NCBI GenBank assembly: GCA_963701855.1
Contig: CAVPBK010000009.1
Location: 32,001 to 96,000, forward strand
DNA length: 64,000 nt
Origin: Nitrospirota bacterium
Lineage (GTDB): Bacteria; Nitrospirota; Nitrospiria; Nitrospirales; Nitrospiraceae
Direction: 5' to 3'
This document shows, piece after piece, positions 1-10,594 of the stretch. The notes below the pieces were generated by a model that saw nothing but the letters and a program-made list of their open reading frames with translations, was not told the origin of the DNA and made no database searches. Every line of letters starts with the position of its first letter. Positions within the stretch are counted from its first letter, which is position 1. The position numbers and the translations under genes are program-made.

Positions 1-79
1 CGGTTGGGCAGTCCACCCCAGCTCGTCACTCAGAGCCACACCGATCCGTTTGGTCCCGTAATCGAGCGCAAGTATTCGT

Positions 80-2725
80 TTACCCTCCATGAGTGTACCG
101 CTGCAACATGCGTTCGACCAGTCCAAAGACCTTTTCCAACGCGGCATCCAACTTGGCAGGCTCCTTCCCACCCGCTTGCGCCATCTCGGGGCGCCCCCCA
201 CCCGTGCCGCCGACTTCCGCCGCCATCTCTTTGATGAGGTCGCCCGCTTTCAGCCGGGTAATCAGATCCTTCGTGACGACGACCAGCAATGAGACCTTGC
301 CATCGTTGGCGGCCCCGAGAGCCACGACACCGCTTTTCAACTTGTCCCGCAACTGATCGGCCAGCGCCCGCATGCCGTTTACATCTAATCCATCCGTCCG
401 CTGCACATGAACTTGCACGCCCGCGATGGTTTTCGACGTGGCCTCGGCGGCTGAACCGCCAGCCATTTTCAATTTCACCTCTTCCAGCTCACGTTCCTTA
501 TCTTTCAGCTGCGTCATAACCTTGCGTGTTTTAGCCACCAGATCAGACTGGCCGACCTTGAGCAAGCTCGAGAGTTCTCGAATATCAGTTTCCAATTGCT
601 TCATATGCGCGAGCGCCCCGCTGCCGGTCTGAGCTTCGATACGGCGCACACCAGCCGCGACGCCGGTCTCCGACACAATTCTAAACAGACCGATGTCCCC
701 CGTCTGCCGACAGTGCGTGCCACCGCAGAGTTCTTTACTGAAGGATTCAACAGTCACCACCCGAACTTGCTCGCCATATTTATCTCCGAAGAAGGCCAGC
801 GCGCCCTTGGCCACCGCATCTTGAATGCTCATGACCTCGGTCTCGACCCGCTCATTCTTCCGCACCTCGTAATTCACGACCGTTTCAATCTCATCCACAT
901 CGCGGGAAGACAGGGGTCTGAAATGGGCAAAGTCGAATCGCAAGCGATTCGGCCCGACGAGCGAGCCATATTGTTTTACGTGAGGGCCCAGCATGTCGCG
1001 TAGCGCGGCATGGAGCAAATGGGTAGCGGTATGGTTTCGCTGGGCGTCCTGCCGTATTGTGGCATTGACGGTCATGCGCAGCTGCTCGCCCTCGCGAATC
1101 CGCCCTTTCGTGACAGTCCCCTTGTGTAAAATCACTGTCGGCGCCGGCCTCGTGGTTTCCGTGATCTCGACCTGCCCATCATGGCCCGTTAATACGCCCC
1201 GGTCGCCGACCTGCCCACCGCCTTCTGCATAGAACGGCGTCACATCCAGAACTATTTCAACCTCATCGCCTTCCGCCGCTTCTTTGACCAACCGGTCGCC
1301 TTTTAAAATGGCCTGCACGAGACTCTCGCTCTCCAGGCGATCGTAGCCGATAAAATTCGTCTTCCCAATACGACCGGCTAGTTCCGCAACCCCAGGCCGA
1401 GCCGTTTCCTGTTCAAACCCGCCGGTCTTGCGCGCACGATTCCTTTGTTCCTCAATTGCCAGGTCGAACCCCGCCTCATCGAGTGTCATTCCCTGCTCTC
1501 GACAGGCCTCCCCCATCAAGTCCATCGGAAACCCATAGGTATCGTAGAGCTTGAACACATCAGGGCCCGTGAGAACCTGACTCCCGGACGAACGTGTATT
1601 CGCAAGCATCTCGTTCAGGATCGGCAAGCCTTGATCGAGCGTGGCAATGAACCGCTCCTCTTCGCCTCTCGTTGCTTCGGCAATCGTCGCGGCAGCGCTT
1701 CGAACTTCTGAATAGACCGGACTCATCTGGCTCACGACCACCGCCGTCAATTCATGAAGGAAGGGCTCGACAATGCCCAACAGCCGTCCATGACGCGCAG
1801 CCCGGCGCAGAATCCGACGCAACACATAGCCGCGCCCTTCGTTCGACGGCAACACGCCATCGGCCATCAAAAACGTGATCGCGCGAAGATGGTCCGCCAC
1901 CACGCGCATCGACCGATCGGTCTGCTCTTGTTCCCCATACCGGACTCCGGCCCTGGCCGCCACGGCGATCAGCAACGGCGTGAACACATCGCTGTCATAG
2001 TTGCTGTAAACGCCTTGTGCCACTGCCGCCAGCCGTTCCAATCCCATGCCCGTATCGATGCTGGGTTTAGGTAAGGGATGCAGAGTCCCCGCGGCATCCC
2101 GATTGAACTGCATGAAGACGAGATTCCAGATCTCGATGACGCGATCGCCCGCGCCGTTCGGCCGATCGTCGCCCGGCACCGACGGTCCCTGGTCGAAATG
2201 TAATTCCGAGCAGGGCCCACAAGGTCCGGTATCTCCCATCTGCCAGAAGTTGTCCTTCTCGCCGCACCGCACGATCCGAGAGGCAGGAACTCCGACCTTC
2301 TTCCATAACTGGTCCGCGTCATCGTCGTCGCGGAAGATCGTCACCCACATCCGATCCTTCGCCAAGCCGACCGTCTGAGTCAGAAATTCCCAGCCAAACC
2401 GGATGGCATCTTCCTTGAAGTAGTCGCCGAAGGAAAAGTTCCCCAACATTTCAAAGAACGTATGGTGGCGTCTGGTATAGCCGACATTCTCAAGATCGTT
2501 GTGCTTGCCTCCTGCACGGAGACACTTCTGCACAGTAACCGCCCGCTTATAGGCGCGCTGGTCCTCGCCGAGGAACACCCGCTTAAATTGGTTCATCCCG
2601 GCGTTAGTGAAGAGCAATGTGGGATCGGCCTGAGGAATCAAGGCGGAACTCGGCACGGCCTGATGGCCATGCTGTTCGAAATATCGAATGAAGGCTTGTC
2701 GTAATTCTTGCGTGCTGTTCTTCAT
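80..2725 (-). CDS. alaS: alanine--tRNA ligase
   Basis: 881 aa; [33 protein letters not shown], editing motifs HTATHLLH and ELCGGTH, C-terminal [12 protein letters not shown]. Confidence 0.99.
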   Translation of the reverse strand: MKNSTQELRQAFIRYFEQHGHQAVPSSALIPQADPTLLFTNAGMNQFKRVFLGEDQRAYKRAVTVQKCLRAGGKHNDLENVGYTRRHHTFFEMLGNFSFGDYFKEDAIRFGWEFLTQTVGLAKDRMWVTIFRDDDDADQLWKKVGVPASRIVRCGEKDNFWQMGDTGPCGPCSELHFDQGPSVPGDDRPNGAGDRVIEIWNLVFMQFNRDAAGTLHPLPKPSIDTGMGLERLAAVAQGVYSNYDSDVFTPLLIAVAARAGVRYGEQEQTDRSMRVVADHLRAITFLMADGVLPSNEGRGYVLRRILRRAARHGRLLGIVEPFLHELTAVVVSQMSPVYSEVRSAAATIAEATRGEEERFIATLDQGLPILNEMLANTRSSGSQVLTGPDVFKLYDTYGFPMDLMGEACREQGMTLDEAGFDLAIEEQRNRARKTGGFEQETARPGVAELAGRIGKTNFIGYDRLESESLVQAILKGDRLVKEAAEGDEVEIVLDVTPFYAEGGGQVGDRGVLTGHDGQVEITETTRPAPTVILHKGTVTKGRIREGEQLRMTVNATIRQDAQRNHTATHLLHAALRDMLGPHVKQYGSLVGPNRLRFDFAHFRPLSSRDVDEIETVVNYEVRKNERVETEVMSIQDAVAKGALAFFGDKYGEQVRVVTVESFSKELCGGTHCRQTGDIGLFRIVSETGVAAGVRRIEAQTGSGALAHMKQLETDIRELSSLLKVGQSDLVAKTRKVMTQLKDKERELEEVKLKMAGGSAAEATSKTIAGVQVHVQRTDGLDVNGMRALADQLRDKLKSGVVALGAANDGKVSLLVVVTKDLITRLKAGDLIKEMAAEVGGTGGGRPEMAQAGGKEPAKLDAALEKVFGLVERMLQRYTHGG

Positions 2726-2731
2726 ACCGTC

Positions 2732-3217
2732 CTAACATCCATCCCGCAGCAGCGGCGCCATCACTGTCTCAATGGTGTCTTCGTTAAATCCTCGCTGGTT
2801 CAAGAGTCTCGCCAGTCGGCCAAGCGTTTGGATCGAACTGGCCCGCCCAGCCGTCTTGACCACCTGCATGGCCAGGTCCCGTTCGCTCATCTTGCGGTAG
2901 GTAGCCCGCAGCGTCGACTGCACGATGTGGTCCGGACAACCAGTGGCGAGCAGTTCATCTTGCAGCCGTGCACGCCCCATCGGCATATGGGCAAGTCGCC
3001 GATCGGCCCACCGCGTAGCAAAGGCCTCATCGTCGAGGTATCGCAACGCTATCAGCCGTCGAACTGCGGTTCGTATCTGCGCAGGAGGCGCCCCTTTCAC
3101 TGCAAGCAAACGTTCGACCTGCGCCGTCGTACGATCGCTACGGGCCAGCGCGCGTATGGCTAGTTGCAACCACTGATCAGGAGACGGCGCTGCTTTGATT
3201 GTGACTCGCTTACTCAC
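2732..3217 (-). CDS. recX: regulatory protein RecX
   Basis: YLDDEAFA, GRARLQDEL and LNQRGF motifs; directly downstream of recA. Confidence 0.9.
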   Translation of the reverse strand: MSKRVTIKAAPSPDQWLQLAIRALARSDRTTAQVERLLAVKGAPPAQIRTAVRRLIALRYLDDEAFATRWADRRLAHMPMGRARLQDELLATGCPDHIVQSTLRATYRKMSERDLAMQVVKTAGRASSIQTLGRLARLLNQRGFNEDTIETVMAPLLRDGC

Positions 3218-3236
3218 TAGCCTTGAGCAAGATCAT

Positions 3237-3320
3237 TGTTTGGCTTGTCTTGTCTGTTTGGATTTTTTGGTTGAACGAAACGAACCAGATGAACCAAATA
3301 AACAAAACAAATAGACCTGT
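3237..3320. repeat. 9-nt-period imperfect hairpin repeat (family A)
   Basis: G/T-rich arm, GGTTGAACGAAAC core, A/C-rich arm (AACCAGATG AACCAAATA). Confidence 0.75.
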
Positions 3321-4415
3321 TTAGACACCCACCTTGTGCGGTCGCCGTTCCTCGCGTTTCTCCTCAGTCTTTTTTTCGTCTTTCACCGGCATAGCAGAGG
3401 GCTTCTCAATCGTACGTCCAGGCAGACCGGCCAAATCACGAAGCTTTCCTTCAATCTCACGCGCTAACGGCTGGTTACTCAAAAGAATATCTCGCACCGC
3501 GTCGCGTCCCTGCCCGAGCCGCTCGCCCTGATAGGAATACCAGGCCCCGGACTTCTCCACTACTTTCTTTTCGACCCCGAGATCGACTAACTCGCCGGTT
3601 TTCGAAATACCCTGCGCGAACATGATGTCGAACTCCGCCTGCTTGAATGGAGGCGCCATTTTGTTCTTCACCACCTTCACACGTACACGGCTGCCGGTCA
3701 CCTCCTGCCCTTCCTTGATCGACTCAATGCGGCGGATATCCAACCGCACGGACGAATAGAACTTGAGTGCGTTGCCGCCGGTCGTCGTCTCCGGGTTGCC
3801 GAACATCACGCCGATCTTCATCCTGATCTGATTAATGAAAATCAGGGTCGTCTGCGACTTGGAAATAGCCGCCGTCAATTTGCGAAGGGCCTGCGACATG
3901 AGCCGCGCTTGCAGCCCCATATGCGCATCGCCCATTTCACCTTCGATTTCGGCTCTCGGCACAAGCGCTGCGACAGAGTCCACCACGATCACATCGATCG
4001 CTCCGCTCCGGACGAGCGTCTCGGCAATTTCCAGTGCCTGTTCACCAGTATCGGGCTGCGACACCAACAGATCATCCACCTGCACGCCCAGCTTCTTGGC
4101 ATAGCCCAAATCCAGCGCATGTTCGGCATCAATAAAGGCCGCGGTGCCACCGGCTTTCTGTGCTTCCGCAATCGCATGCAGAGTCAATGTTGTCTTGCCC
4201 GAGGACTCGGGACCAAAGACTTCGATCACCCGACCGCGGGGAAGTCCGCCAACACCCAGGGCAATATCGAGTCCGAGGGATCCCGTCGAAATCGCCGGAA
4301 TATCCATCTGAGCATCGGCCCCCCCTAGCTTCATGATGGCCCCCTTCCCATACTGCTTCTCAATTTGGGACAGGGCCAGATCCAATGCACGCTTCTTGTC
4401 GTCTTTTTCAGTCAT
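3321..4415 (-). CDS. recA: recombinase RecA
   Basis: GPESSGKTT Walker [35 protein letters not shown]; start set at MTEKDD behind an AGAGGAG RBS. Confidence 0.99.
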   Translation of the reverse strand: MTEKDDKKRALDLALSQIEKQYGKGAIMKLGGADAQMDIPAISTGSLGLDIALGVGGLPRGRVIEVFGPESSGKTTLTLHAIAEAQKAGGTAAFIDAEHALDLGYAKKLGVQVDDLLVSQPDTGEQALEIAETLVRSGAIDVIVVDSVAALVPRAEIEGEMGDAHMGLQARLMSQALRKLTAAISKSQTTLIFINQIRMKIGVMFGNPETTTGGNALKFYSSVRLDIRRIESIKEGQEVTGSRVRVKVVKNKMAPPFKQAEFDIMFAQGISKTGELVDLGVEKKVVEKSGAWYSYQGERLGQGRDAVRDILLSNQPLAREIEGKLRDLAGLPGRTIEKPSAMPVKDEKKTEEKREERRPHKVGV

Positions 4416-4516
4416 GGGTACTCCTCTTGTGATAGAGCGATCGGGGGCGATTATACCCAAGTTGAGAGAAAGAAACCTAGCCCACCGAATAGCTGCGCAA
4501 GACTGGCGGGAACTGA

Positions 4517-4629
4517 AGTTCTGAGTGCTGAGTTAGGGGCGGATCGGGAAAGCCGGGGCGGGAGACGGTTGCTCGGCTGAAGGCCGAAGTATTTAGAACT
4601 TCGAACCCAGAACTCAGCACTCAGCACTT
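4517..4629. repeat. 7-nt-period inverted repeat (family B, CTGAGTG/CACTCAG)
   Basis: GTTCTGAGTGCTGAGT ... ACTCAGCACTCAGCAC arms; similar at 18262-18386, 27662-27735, ~41811-42012 and ~48994-49030. Confidence 0.75.
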
Positions 4630-4727
4630 CTTCATCTGTCCTGCGCATCGCTTGCGCCTCGTATGTAATCCCGTGTATTCATGCGATTTCATTGACCGGC
4701 AGAGGGGATAGGGCTACAAGTACTACT

Positions 4728-5816
4728 ATGCCTTCGACTCTCGTCCCTAACACAAGCGACCATAAACCAACCGTCCTGATCGTCGACGATGAAGCCGCCC
4801 CGCGCGCAGCACTCACACAGATCCTCAGGCAAGACTTCCACATTCTCACCGCGGAAAATGCTCATGCAGCCCTGGCCATCCTCAATGATCACGGTGTTGA
4901 TCTCGTCACGTTGGATTTGAAATTGCCCGATCGTTCAGGATCGGACCTCTTGCACGACATCAAGCGCGCGCATGCAGAGACCGAAGTCATCATGGTCACG
5001 GCCTATGGCAGTCTTCAGTCAGCGATGGACTGTATTCGCGACGGCGCGGCCGGCTTCCTCCTGAAACCATTCAATGCCTCAGAATTGTTGGCCATTTCCT
5101 TGCAAACCGCTCAGAAGAAGCTGCGCCTCGATCAACTGCGTCCGGTCCTCATCAACTCGACGACACTCTGGGATCCGGAACCAGCCTGCAGCAAAGCTTG
5201 GCAAGTTCTCATCAACGACTACACCACCATGAACCGCAAGGGATCGCTCTCCGCGTCGCAAAACAATGAGACGTCGCCCTTGGTTCCCCTGATCTCCGAC
5301 CTCTTAGAAGCCAAGGATCGTCATCTGCTCAATCATGGAAGTCGCGTCAGTTTTTATGCGACGCTGGTTGCCAATCGACTCAGCCTTCCTCTCGCCGAAC
5401 AGCAGTCGCTCGCGCTCGGCGCACTCGTGCACGATCTCGATTTGATCAGCACCGGGGACATTAACATCCTCAACATGGAATCCGACCAGCAGATACATCG
5501 TCCCGACCTCGGCGCGAGGATGGGCCGAGCGATGGGATTACCAGCCGATGCCGTGCAGATTATCGCCCTCCATCACGAGCGATGGGACGGAACAGGCTAT
5601 CCATTTGGCTTACGAGATGAACTCACGCCCTTGCTCGCTCGCATTGTCGGTATCGCCCAAGTGTTCGACGACCTGACTGCCGAAAAACCTGGACGCACGT
5701 CCCTCCCCATTGACGAAGCCCTGCAACAGATCGAGCAGCAAGCCGGCATCGCCTTCGATCCCACGCTGACCGAACTCTTCTGCCGCACCATGCGCGAGCA
5801 ACCTCCGCAGCAGTAG
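4728..5816 (+). CDS. response regulator with HD-GYP-type domain (possibly degenerate)
   Basis: REC (LIVDDE, DLKLP, LKPF) plus HD and HHERWDGTGYP. Confidence 0.9.
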   Translation: MPSTLVPNTSDHKPTVLIVDDEAAPRAALTQILRQDFHILTAENAHAALAILNDHGVDLVTLDLKLPDRSGSDLLHDIKRAHAETEVIMVTAYGSLQSAMDCIRDGAAGFLLKPFNASELLAISLQTAQKKLRLDQLRPVLINSTTLWDPEPACSKAWQVLINDYTTMNRKGSLSASQNNETSPLVPLISDLLEAKDRHLLNHGSRVSFYATLVANRLSLPLAEQQSLALGALVHDLDLISTGDINILNMESDQQIHRPDLGARMGRAMGLPADAVQIIALHHERWDGTGYPFGLRDELTPLLARIVGIAQVFDDLTAEKPGRTSLPIDEALQQIEQQAGIAFDPTLTELFCRTMREQPPQQ

Positions 5817-6191
5817 AACCAAGAGGCTACGCCTGACTCACATTGCTTGCGGCTGATACAACCACAAGGGGCAAATCAGTGCGCCGTGCCGTGTTCAAAC
5901 CGAAAAATGATCCGCTAGTTTTCCAACACAGACACCGGCCAGAAGCCCACCAGCTCACATTTTAACGGATGAAGCCTGTACCCCTGGCAGGGGCCCATAC
6001 CCTGCCCTATCAGCGCCTCATTCAGGCGTGCCAGAATCCGTGCTATTTTGTCACTGTGCGCCGCCGGCACCCTGCATGCGCCAGTCATCATCCTCAAAGA
6101 ACCTTCTAAGACCCTTATCGAGCAAACACATTCTGATCGTGCGCGCTCTGGGAGCAAGGGATCGGCACGGATGTCATTCCACCCTTTCTAT

Positions 6192-6803
6192 CTAGGCTGT
6201 TCTCAGTCGCACCTCCCACAGCTTCGTATAGACCGAACCGGTCGGCTTCAATTCACTCTTCATCAGCACAACCGAGTCCACCGCCAACGAGCCCAATGAA
6301 ACCAGCCGGTTCAGCACTCCGACCTTGGCCAAGGCGACGCCAACGTGCCGCTCTCCCATCTTAATCCTCGCCAAGGTCAAATGTGGACTGAACGGTTTCG
6401 CTTCGCGGAGAAAGCCTAGGCCTTCACAAGCCTGTTCGATTGCACCATGGATCTCCGAGATTCGCTTCGCCTCTGCTCCTCGCTCCCAATGCTCCGACGG
6501 CCCCATCCACAGCACGCGCGGACTATGCGGACGAGGAAAAACCCCGAGTCGTTCAAGCGGCACATTCACAGCTGTCTGGCTTCCGATCGCCTGATCAAAC
6601 GTAGCGCGTAGCGGATCAATGACCTGTTCATCCATATCGCCAAGAAACTTGAGCGTCAGATGAATCGATGCTGGCCGCGCCCACGAGATGCGCATGTCCC
6701 GCTTCATCTCCGGCTCAATTGTATGCTTCAACTCCTGTTGGACAAGGGCTAGTTCAGCTTGCAATGCATGAGACAGTTCAACGGCAAGGAAGGCCCGGAT
6801 CAC
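6192..6803 (-). CDS. thpR: RNA 2',3'-cyclic phosphodiesterase (2H family)
   Basis: RAFLAV N-terminus, two HLTL motifs; adjacent to cinA near recA. Confidence 0.93.
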   Translation of the reverse strand: MIRAFLAVELSHALQAELALVQQELKHTIEPEMKRDMRISWARPASIHLTLKFLGDMDEQVIDPLRATFDQAIGSQTAVNVPLERLGVFPRPHSPRVLWMGPSEHWERGAEAKRISEIHGAIEQACEGLGFLREAKPFSPHLTLARIKMGERHVGVALAKVGVLNRLVSLGSLAVDSVVLMKSELKPTGSVYTKLWEVRLRTA

Positions 6804-6807
6804 TTCA

Positions 6808-7041
6808 AGCCCGCATTATTCAAGACGGTTCGTCGCGAGACCGGCGCGCGGAGATTAGGGGACTGGCACTGCCGTCTTCGGCGGTGCCTGTCCCGCTCCC
6901 AAAACGGGGACAGGCGCCAAAAAGAAGGGCGCCAGTCCCCAACAGTACGGTGAGGGTCTGAGGGGCGAGCCCGTCGGCCGAAGGCTCGTCGTAGCAGCGG
7001 ATCGGCGATTGCAGCAGAAATGTTCATGAACAATGCGGGCT
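6808..7041. mobile_element. MITE-like element (family C) enclosing a REP-like palindrome
   Basis: 18-bp terminal inverted repeats AGCCCGCATTATTCAAGA / TCATGAACAATGCGGGCT (2 mismatches); interior GGGGACTGGC...GCCAGTCCCC. Confidence 0.6.
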
Positions 7042-8317
7042 AGGCCTTATCGAACAGCCAGCGGCGAAGAACGTCCAATGCAGCTTGTGACGACCGCTGT
7101 TTAATGACATTCCGGTCGCCGTGAAACCGGAATTCCCGTGCGATCGGCGGGCCAGTCCCATCATCCAACCCGACATAGACCAGCCCGACCGGCTTGATCT
7201 CGGTCCCGCCTCCCGGCCCGGCAATGCCCGTAACGCTGAGTCCCACCGACACGTTGGCGCGCTCACGAATGCCGCAAGCCATCGCCGCTGCGACCTCTTG
7301 ACTCACTGCGCCATGTCGGGCAATCAGTTTCGCCGGCACACCCAGCATCTCCGTTTTCGCCCGATTGCTGTAGCAGACAGCGCCACGATCCACATAGGCA
7401 GATGAGCCAGCCACCTGCGTGAGCCGATGGCCAATCAATCCCCCGGTGCAAGATTCTGCGACCGCCACCATGAGCCCTCGTGTGGCAAGTTCACGCCCAA
7501 CGACTGCTTCCATCGTGTCTCGACCCTCGGCAAAGAGCCAATCGCCGAGTCGTGAGCGAACATCGCTCGCCACCCTTTGAAGCAGATCACGATTCTTCTC
7601 CGTGGCAGATTGATTCCCCTTCGTCGTCAGTGAAACCAGCACCCCCATGGGCGATGCGAGCAGCCCCAGGTCAATCGGCACTCCCTTCGGAATGATCCCT
7701 TTGAGCTTGGCATCAACGTCCGCCTCCGCCAAGCCGAACGTATGAAACACTTGACGGATGATCGGCGCTCGGGAAGACCGGCCTGACAATTCGCTTGCTG
7801 CGCGCAGAAATGGCACAACCTCCTGCCGCATCATCTCTTCCATTTCTCGCGGCACGCCGGGCAAACAAATAATCAGTGCCTTCTTCCATGTTAGGCAGAA
7901 CCCCGGCGCAGAACCGACTGGATTCTTTAATACAGCGGCGCCGGATGGAATCAGAGCCTGACGCAGTTGCGCGGGGTTCGGTATGCGGCCCCATTGCGCG
8001 AGTCGAGCCGTCATTCCCTCCAATGCTTCCTTGCGACGACTGAGCCGGTGTCCAGTAGCGTGCGCCACCGCCTCTCTCGTGCAATCGTCTACGGTGGGGC
8101 CGAGTCCGCCGGTCATGACGATCACATGAGATCGCTTTACGGCTGTGTGAATAACCGTAACGATGTCCTGCCGTTCATCGCCAACGACCGATTTGAATCG
8201 AACGGCGATTCCAAATTTTCCGAGTTCATCAGCGAGGAAGAGAGAATTGGAGTCGGATCGGCCCCCGATCAGCAGTTCGGCACCGATAGCGATGATTTCT
8301 GCGTCGAGTTGGTTCAT
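7040..8317 (-). CDS. cinA: CinA-family competence/damage-inducible protein (MoCF-like + PncC domains)
   Basis: GGLGPTVDDCTRE, LPGVPREM, AESCTGG, GIAGPGGG; the 12 codons upstream of the chosen start are repeat-derived. Confidence 0.95.
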   Translation of the reverse strand: MNQLDAEIIAIGAELLIGGRSDSNSLFLADELGKFGIAVRFKSVVGDERQDIVTVIHTAVKRSHVIVMTGGLGPTVDDCTREAVAHATGHRLSRRKEALEGMTARLAQWGRIPNPAQLRQALIPSGAAVLKNPVGSAPGFCLTWKKALIICLPGVPREMEEMMRQEVVPFLRAASELSGRSSRAPIIRQVFHTFGLAEADVDAKLKGIIPKGVPIDLGLLASPMGVLVSLTTKGNQSATEKNRDLLQRVASDVRSRLGDWLFAEGRDTMEAVVGRELATRGLMVAVAESCTGGLIGHRLTQVAGSSAYVDRGAVCYSNRAKTEMLGVPAKLIARHGAVSQEVAAAMACGIRERANVSVGLSVTGIAGPGGGTEIKPVGLVYVGLDDGTGPPIAREFRFHGDRNVIKQRSSQAALDVLRRWLFDKA

Positions 8318-8327
8318 ATGGTCTGCC

Positions 8328-8417
8328 TCGTTTATCTGGTTTGTCTGGTTCATCTGGTTTGTTTGGTTGCTCGACCCGGTGAAACCAAATAACCAAATGA
8401 ATAAGACAAACCAAATA
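8328..8417. repeat. 9-nt-period hairpin repeat (family A)
   Basis: GTTTATCTG GTTTGTCTG GTTCATCTG GTTTGTTTG ... AACCAAATA arms. Confidence 0.8.
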
Positions 8418-8431
8418 ACGATCTTCTTTTG

Positions 8432-9085
8432 TTATTGAATCTCGCTAAAATCTATAGAAAAGTTCGACTCTCCTCCAGTCCCCGGATACACAGCAATCAA
8501 GGTTTTGGCCTTCAGATCGAAGTCGGCATAGTTGAACGACGCCACGACCTTCGCCTTAAACCGAGGACTCTTCGGCCAAACGACACTGCGATTGGCTTGC
8601 GCATCAAATCGCACTATCACAGGCTTGACCGTCTTCCCCTCCTGATTGAGCACCATATAACTGTCTACCGCAAAAGTTGGCGTATTACCGAAGATAACCG
8701 CGCTGATAAGCATCGTGTTGCCTTCCAGCACTTGCGTCACATCTGCCTCGCTCGGCTGTAGTCCCCGCAGTGCCATATGCGCGGCCATCACCGATAGGGC
8801 TCGTATTTTTGTGATCAAAAATCCCTTAGGCTGGACCTCGTCTGCCACTCCAAACTGCACATAAAAACTATCCGGAGACATCCCGTTCTGCGCCGCTTCT
8901 TTACCCTGATCGAGTGCAGTCTGAATCTGCTGCGCGGTAGGATGCACGTCAATAGCATATGCAGGCACATGAAGGAGGCCACTCAACGCAACAGTGCCCA
9001 CGCACAGCAACATATACGTCAGCCTACCCGTCGGCCGGAGCCTCTGGGCGGCGTGCCGATGGCTCTGTAGAGCCCACATGAACAT
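8432..9085 (-). CDS. hypothetical exported protein
   Basis: 217-aa ORF with hydrophobic stretch ending AYA; start uncertain. Confidence 0.65.
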   Translation of the reverse strand: MFMWALQSHRHAAQRLRPTGRLTYMLLCVGTVALSGLLHVPAYAIDVHPTAQQIQTALDQGKEAAQNGMSPDSFYVQFGVADEVQPKGFLITKIRALSVMAAHMALRGLQPSEADVTQVLEGNTMLISAVIFGNTPTFAVDSYMVLNQEGKTVKPVIVRFDAQANRSVVWPKSPRFKAKVVASFNYADFDLKAKTLIAVYPGTGGESNFSIDFSEIQ

Positions 9086-9326
9086 GCCACTATCAGAACA
9101 CTCTTCTCATGTCAACGAACGGCCCAACCTTCCACCGCCCGTTGACAAGAGCAACGGTGTAGTGATAAAAAATCGAGCCGCGCTGAGCCAGAATTATTTA
9201 CGAACGCCGTCGTGAAAACGCGTTCCTCGTGAAACAAGGGAGCCCTACACGGCACCTGCAGCGGAAGTATTCCCCAATAGTTGTCGCTAGCACGCATCTT
9301 CAAAGAAGATATACGGAGGAGTTTCG

Positions 9327-10049
9327 ATGTCGACCCCTGAACAAACCCCAGCGCCTCAAACACCGAGACGTCAATATGTGAACTTCGTCTTCTACAAAAT
9401 CGACCCGGCCTGGCGGCGCCTCCCCGAGAGTGAACGCACCAAAGGGAAGCAGGAGTTCATCCGTGCGGTCGAGGAGTATACCGGCAAGGTGCTCGTGGTG
9501 GCCTACTCCTCGGTCGGCATCAGGGGCGATTGCGACATCATGCTGTGGCGGATCAGCTACGAACTGGAACTATTCCAGGACATGACTACAAAGATCTTGG
9601 CTTCGGGCTTGGGGCAGTACCTGACCACACCCTACTCCTATCTCGCGATCACCAAGCGGTCCGTCTACGTGGATAATCACACGCACGAAAATCAAGAGAG
9701 CAAGCGGCTGACCGTCGTGCCAGGCAAAGGCAAATATATTTTCGTCTACCCGTTCCTCAAGACGCGCGAGTGGTTCCTGCTCACAAAAGCGGCACGGCAG
9801 GGCATGATGGACGAGCACATTGAAGTCGGCCATCGCTTCCCGTCGGTGAAACTGAATACGACCTATTCTTTCGGGTTGGATGATCAGGAGTGGGTGGTGG
9901 CATTTGAGAGCGATAAACCGGAAGACTTCCTGGATCTCGTAATGGCGCTCCGCGAAACTGAAGGCTCCCGCTATACCTTGCGCGACACGCCGATTTTTAC
10001 CTGCATTCGCAAGAGCCTCAAGGAAACGCTCGACACGCTCGGCGGCTGA
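9327..10049 (+). CDS. chlorite-dismutase-like heme protein, probably coproheme decarboxylase (ChdC/HemQ type)
   Basis: YPFLK, proximal His in MMDEH, SFGLDDQEWVVAFE; lacks the distal Arg of true Cld; GGAGGAG RBS. Confidence 0.8.
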   Translation: MSTPEQTPAPQTPRRQYVNFVFYKIDPAWRRLPESERTKGKQEFIRAVEEYTGKVLVVAYSSVGIRGDCDIMLWRISYELELFQDMTTKILASGLGQYLTTPYSYLAITKRSVYVDNHTHENQESKRLTVVPGKGKYIFVYPFLKTREWFLLTKAARQGMMDEHIEVGHRFPSVKLNTTYSFGLDDQEWVVAFESDKPEDFLDLVMALRETEGSRYTLRDTPIFTCIRKSLKETLDTLGG

Positions 10050-10158
10050 TCTGGTTCATTTGGTTTGTTAGGTCTATTTGGTCTATCCGGTTAGTCTGGT
10101 CCAACCAAATAACGAGACAAACCAAAGAAACCAAATAAACGTTTTCAGCATCCTGCTA
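10049..10158. repeat. family A hairpin followed by a lone TTTTCAGCATCCTGCTAG element end
   Basis: periodic arms; terminal sequence matches the right end of the element at 13282-13481. Confidence 0.65.
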
Positions 10159-10178
10159 GAAGCGTTTCGACATATCCA

Positions 10179-10391
10179 ATGGCTGACAACAATGCGCTCT
10201 ACGCGGTTCGTTTTCCAGACGGGTCGGTGAGCCTGTACATTGACGAAGACTATGCAATTGAACGCGGGGTGGACCCAGCCACTCTCACTCGCGTGGAAAT
10301 CCCACGAGACCTGTTTGTCAGCGGAACCATTCAAGAGATTAGAGAATATGTCGCCATCTACCTTGAGTCGCAGCATTCCGGCAATGCATAG
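10179..10391 (+). CDS. small hypothetical protein
   Basis: 70-aa ORF with protein-like composition, co-oriented with neighbours. Confidence 0.65.
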   Translation: MADNNALYAVRFPDGSVSLYIDEDYAIERGVDPATLTRVEIPRDLFVSGTIQEIREYVAIYLESQHSGNA

Positions 10392-10594
10392 AAAACATTA
10401 GTATCCTGCCCGACATTGTCGTTCGTGACGAGTCGAAAGTAGTTGCGGCCAGATGAGCGGCGCAAGGCCTGGAAAAACCGGAGGTGTATTCGCTAGAATA
10501 TGCCGAGGCATTATTCGAGCCGAGCACGACGCAGATAGTCGCAGATCGTTCCGCCGCAGTAGCTCAGTCAATATCGGACAGGTTCCTGCACCCA

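Noticed and set aside
4510..4521. GAAC-N4-GTTC LexA-like box upstream of recA
   Set aside because: Its right half is the start of a family B repeat, it is a single instance, and I cannot establish the LexA motif for this lineage.
5817..6191. Gene or ncRNA in the 375-nt gap between convergent genes
   Set aside because: Only short ORFs without clear RBS or motifs and one small hairpin; not enough support.
9327..10049. Functional chlorite dismutase
   Set aside because: The catalytic distal Arg position reads Leu (VKLNTTYS) and the YPFxK motif is ChdC-like.
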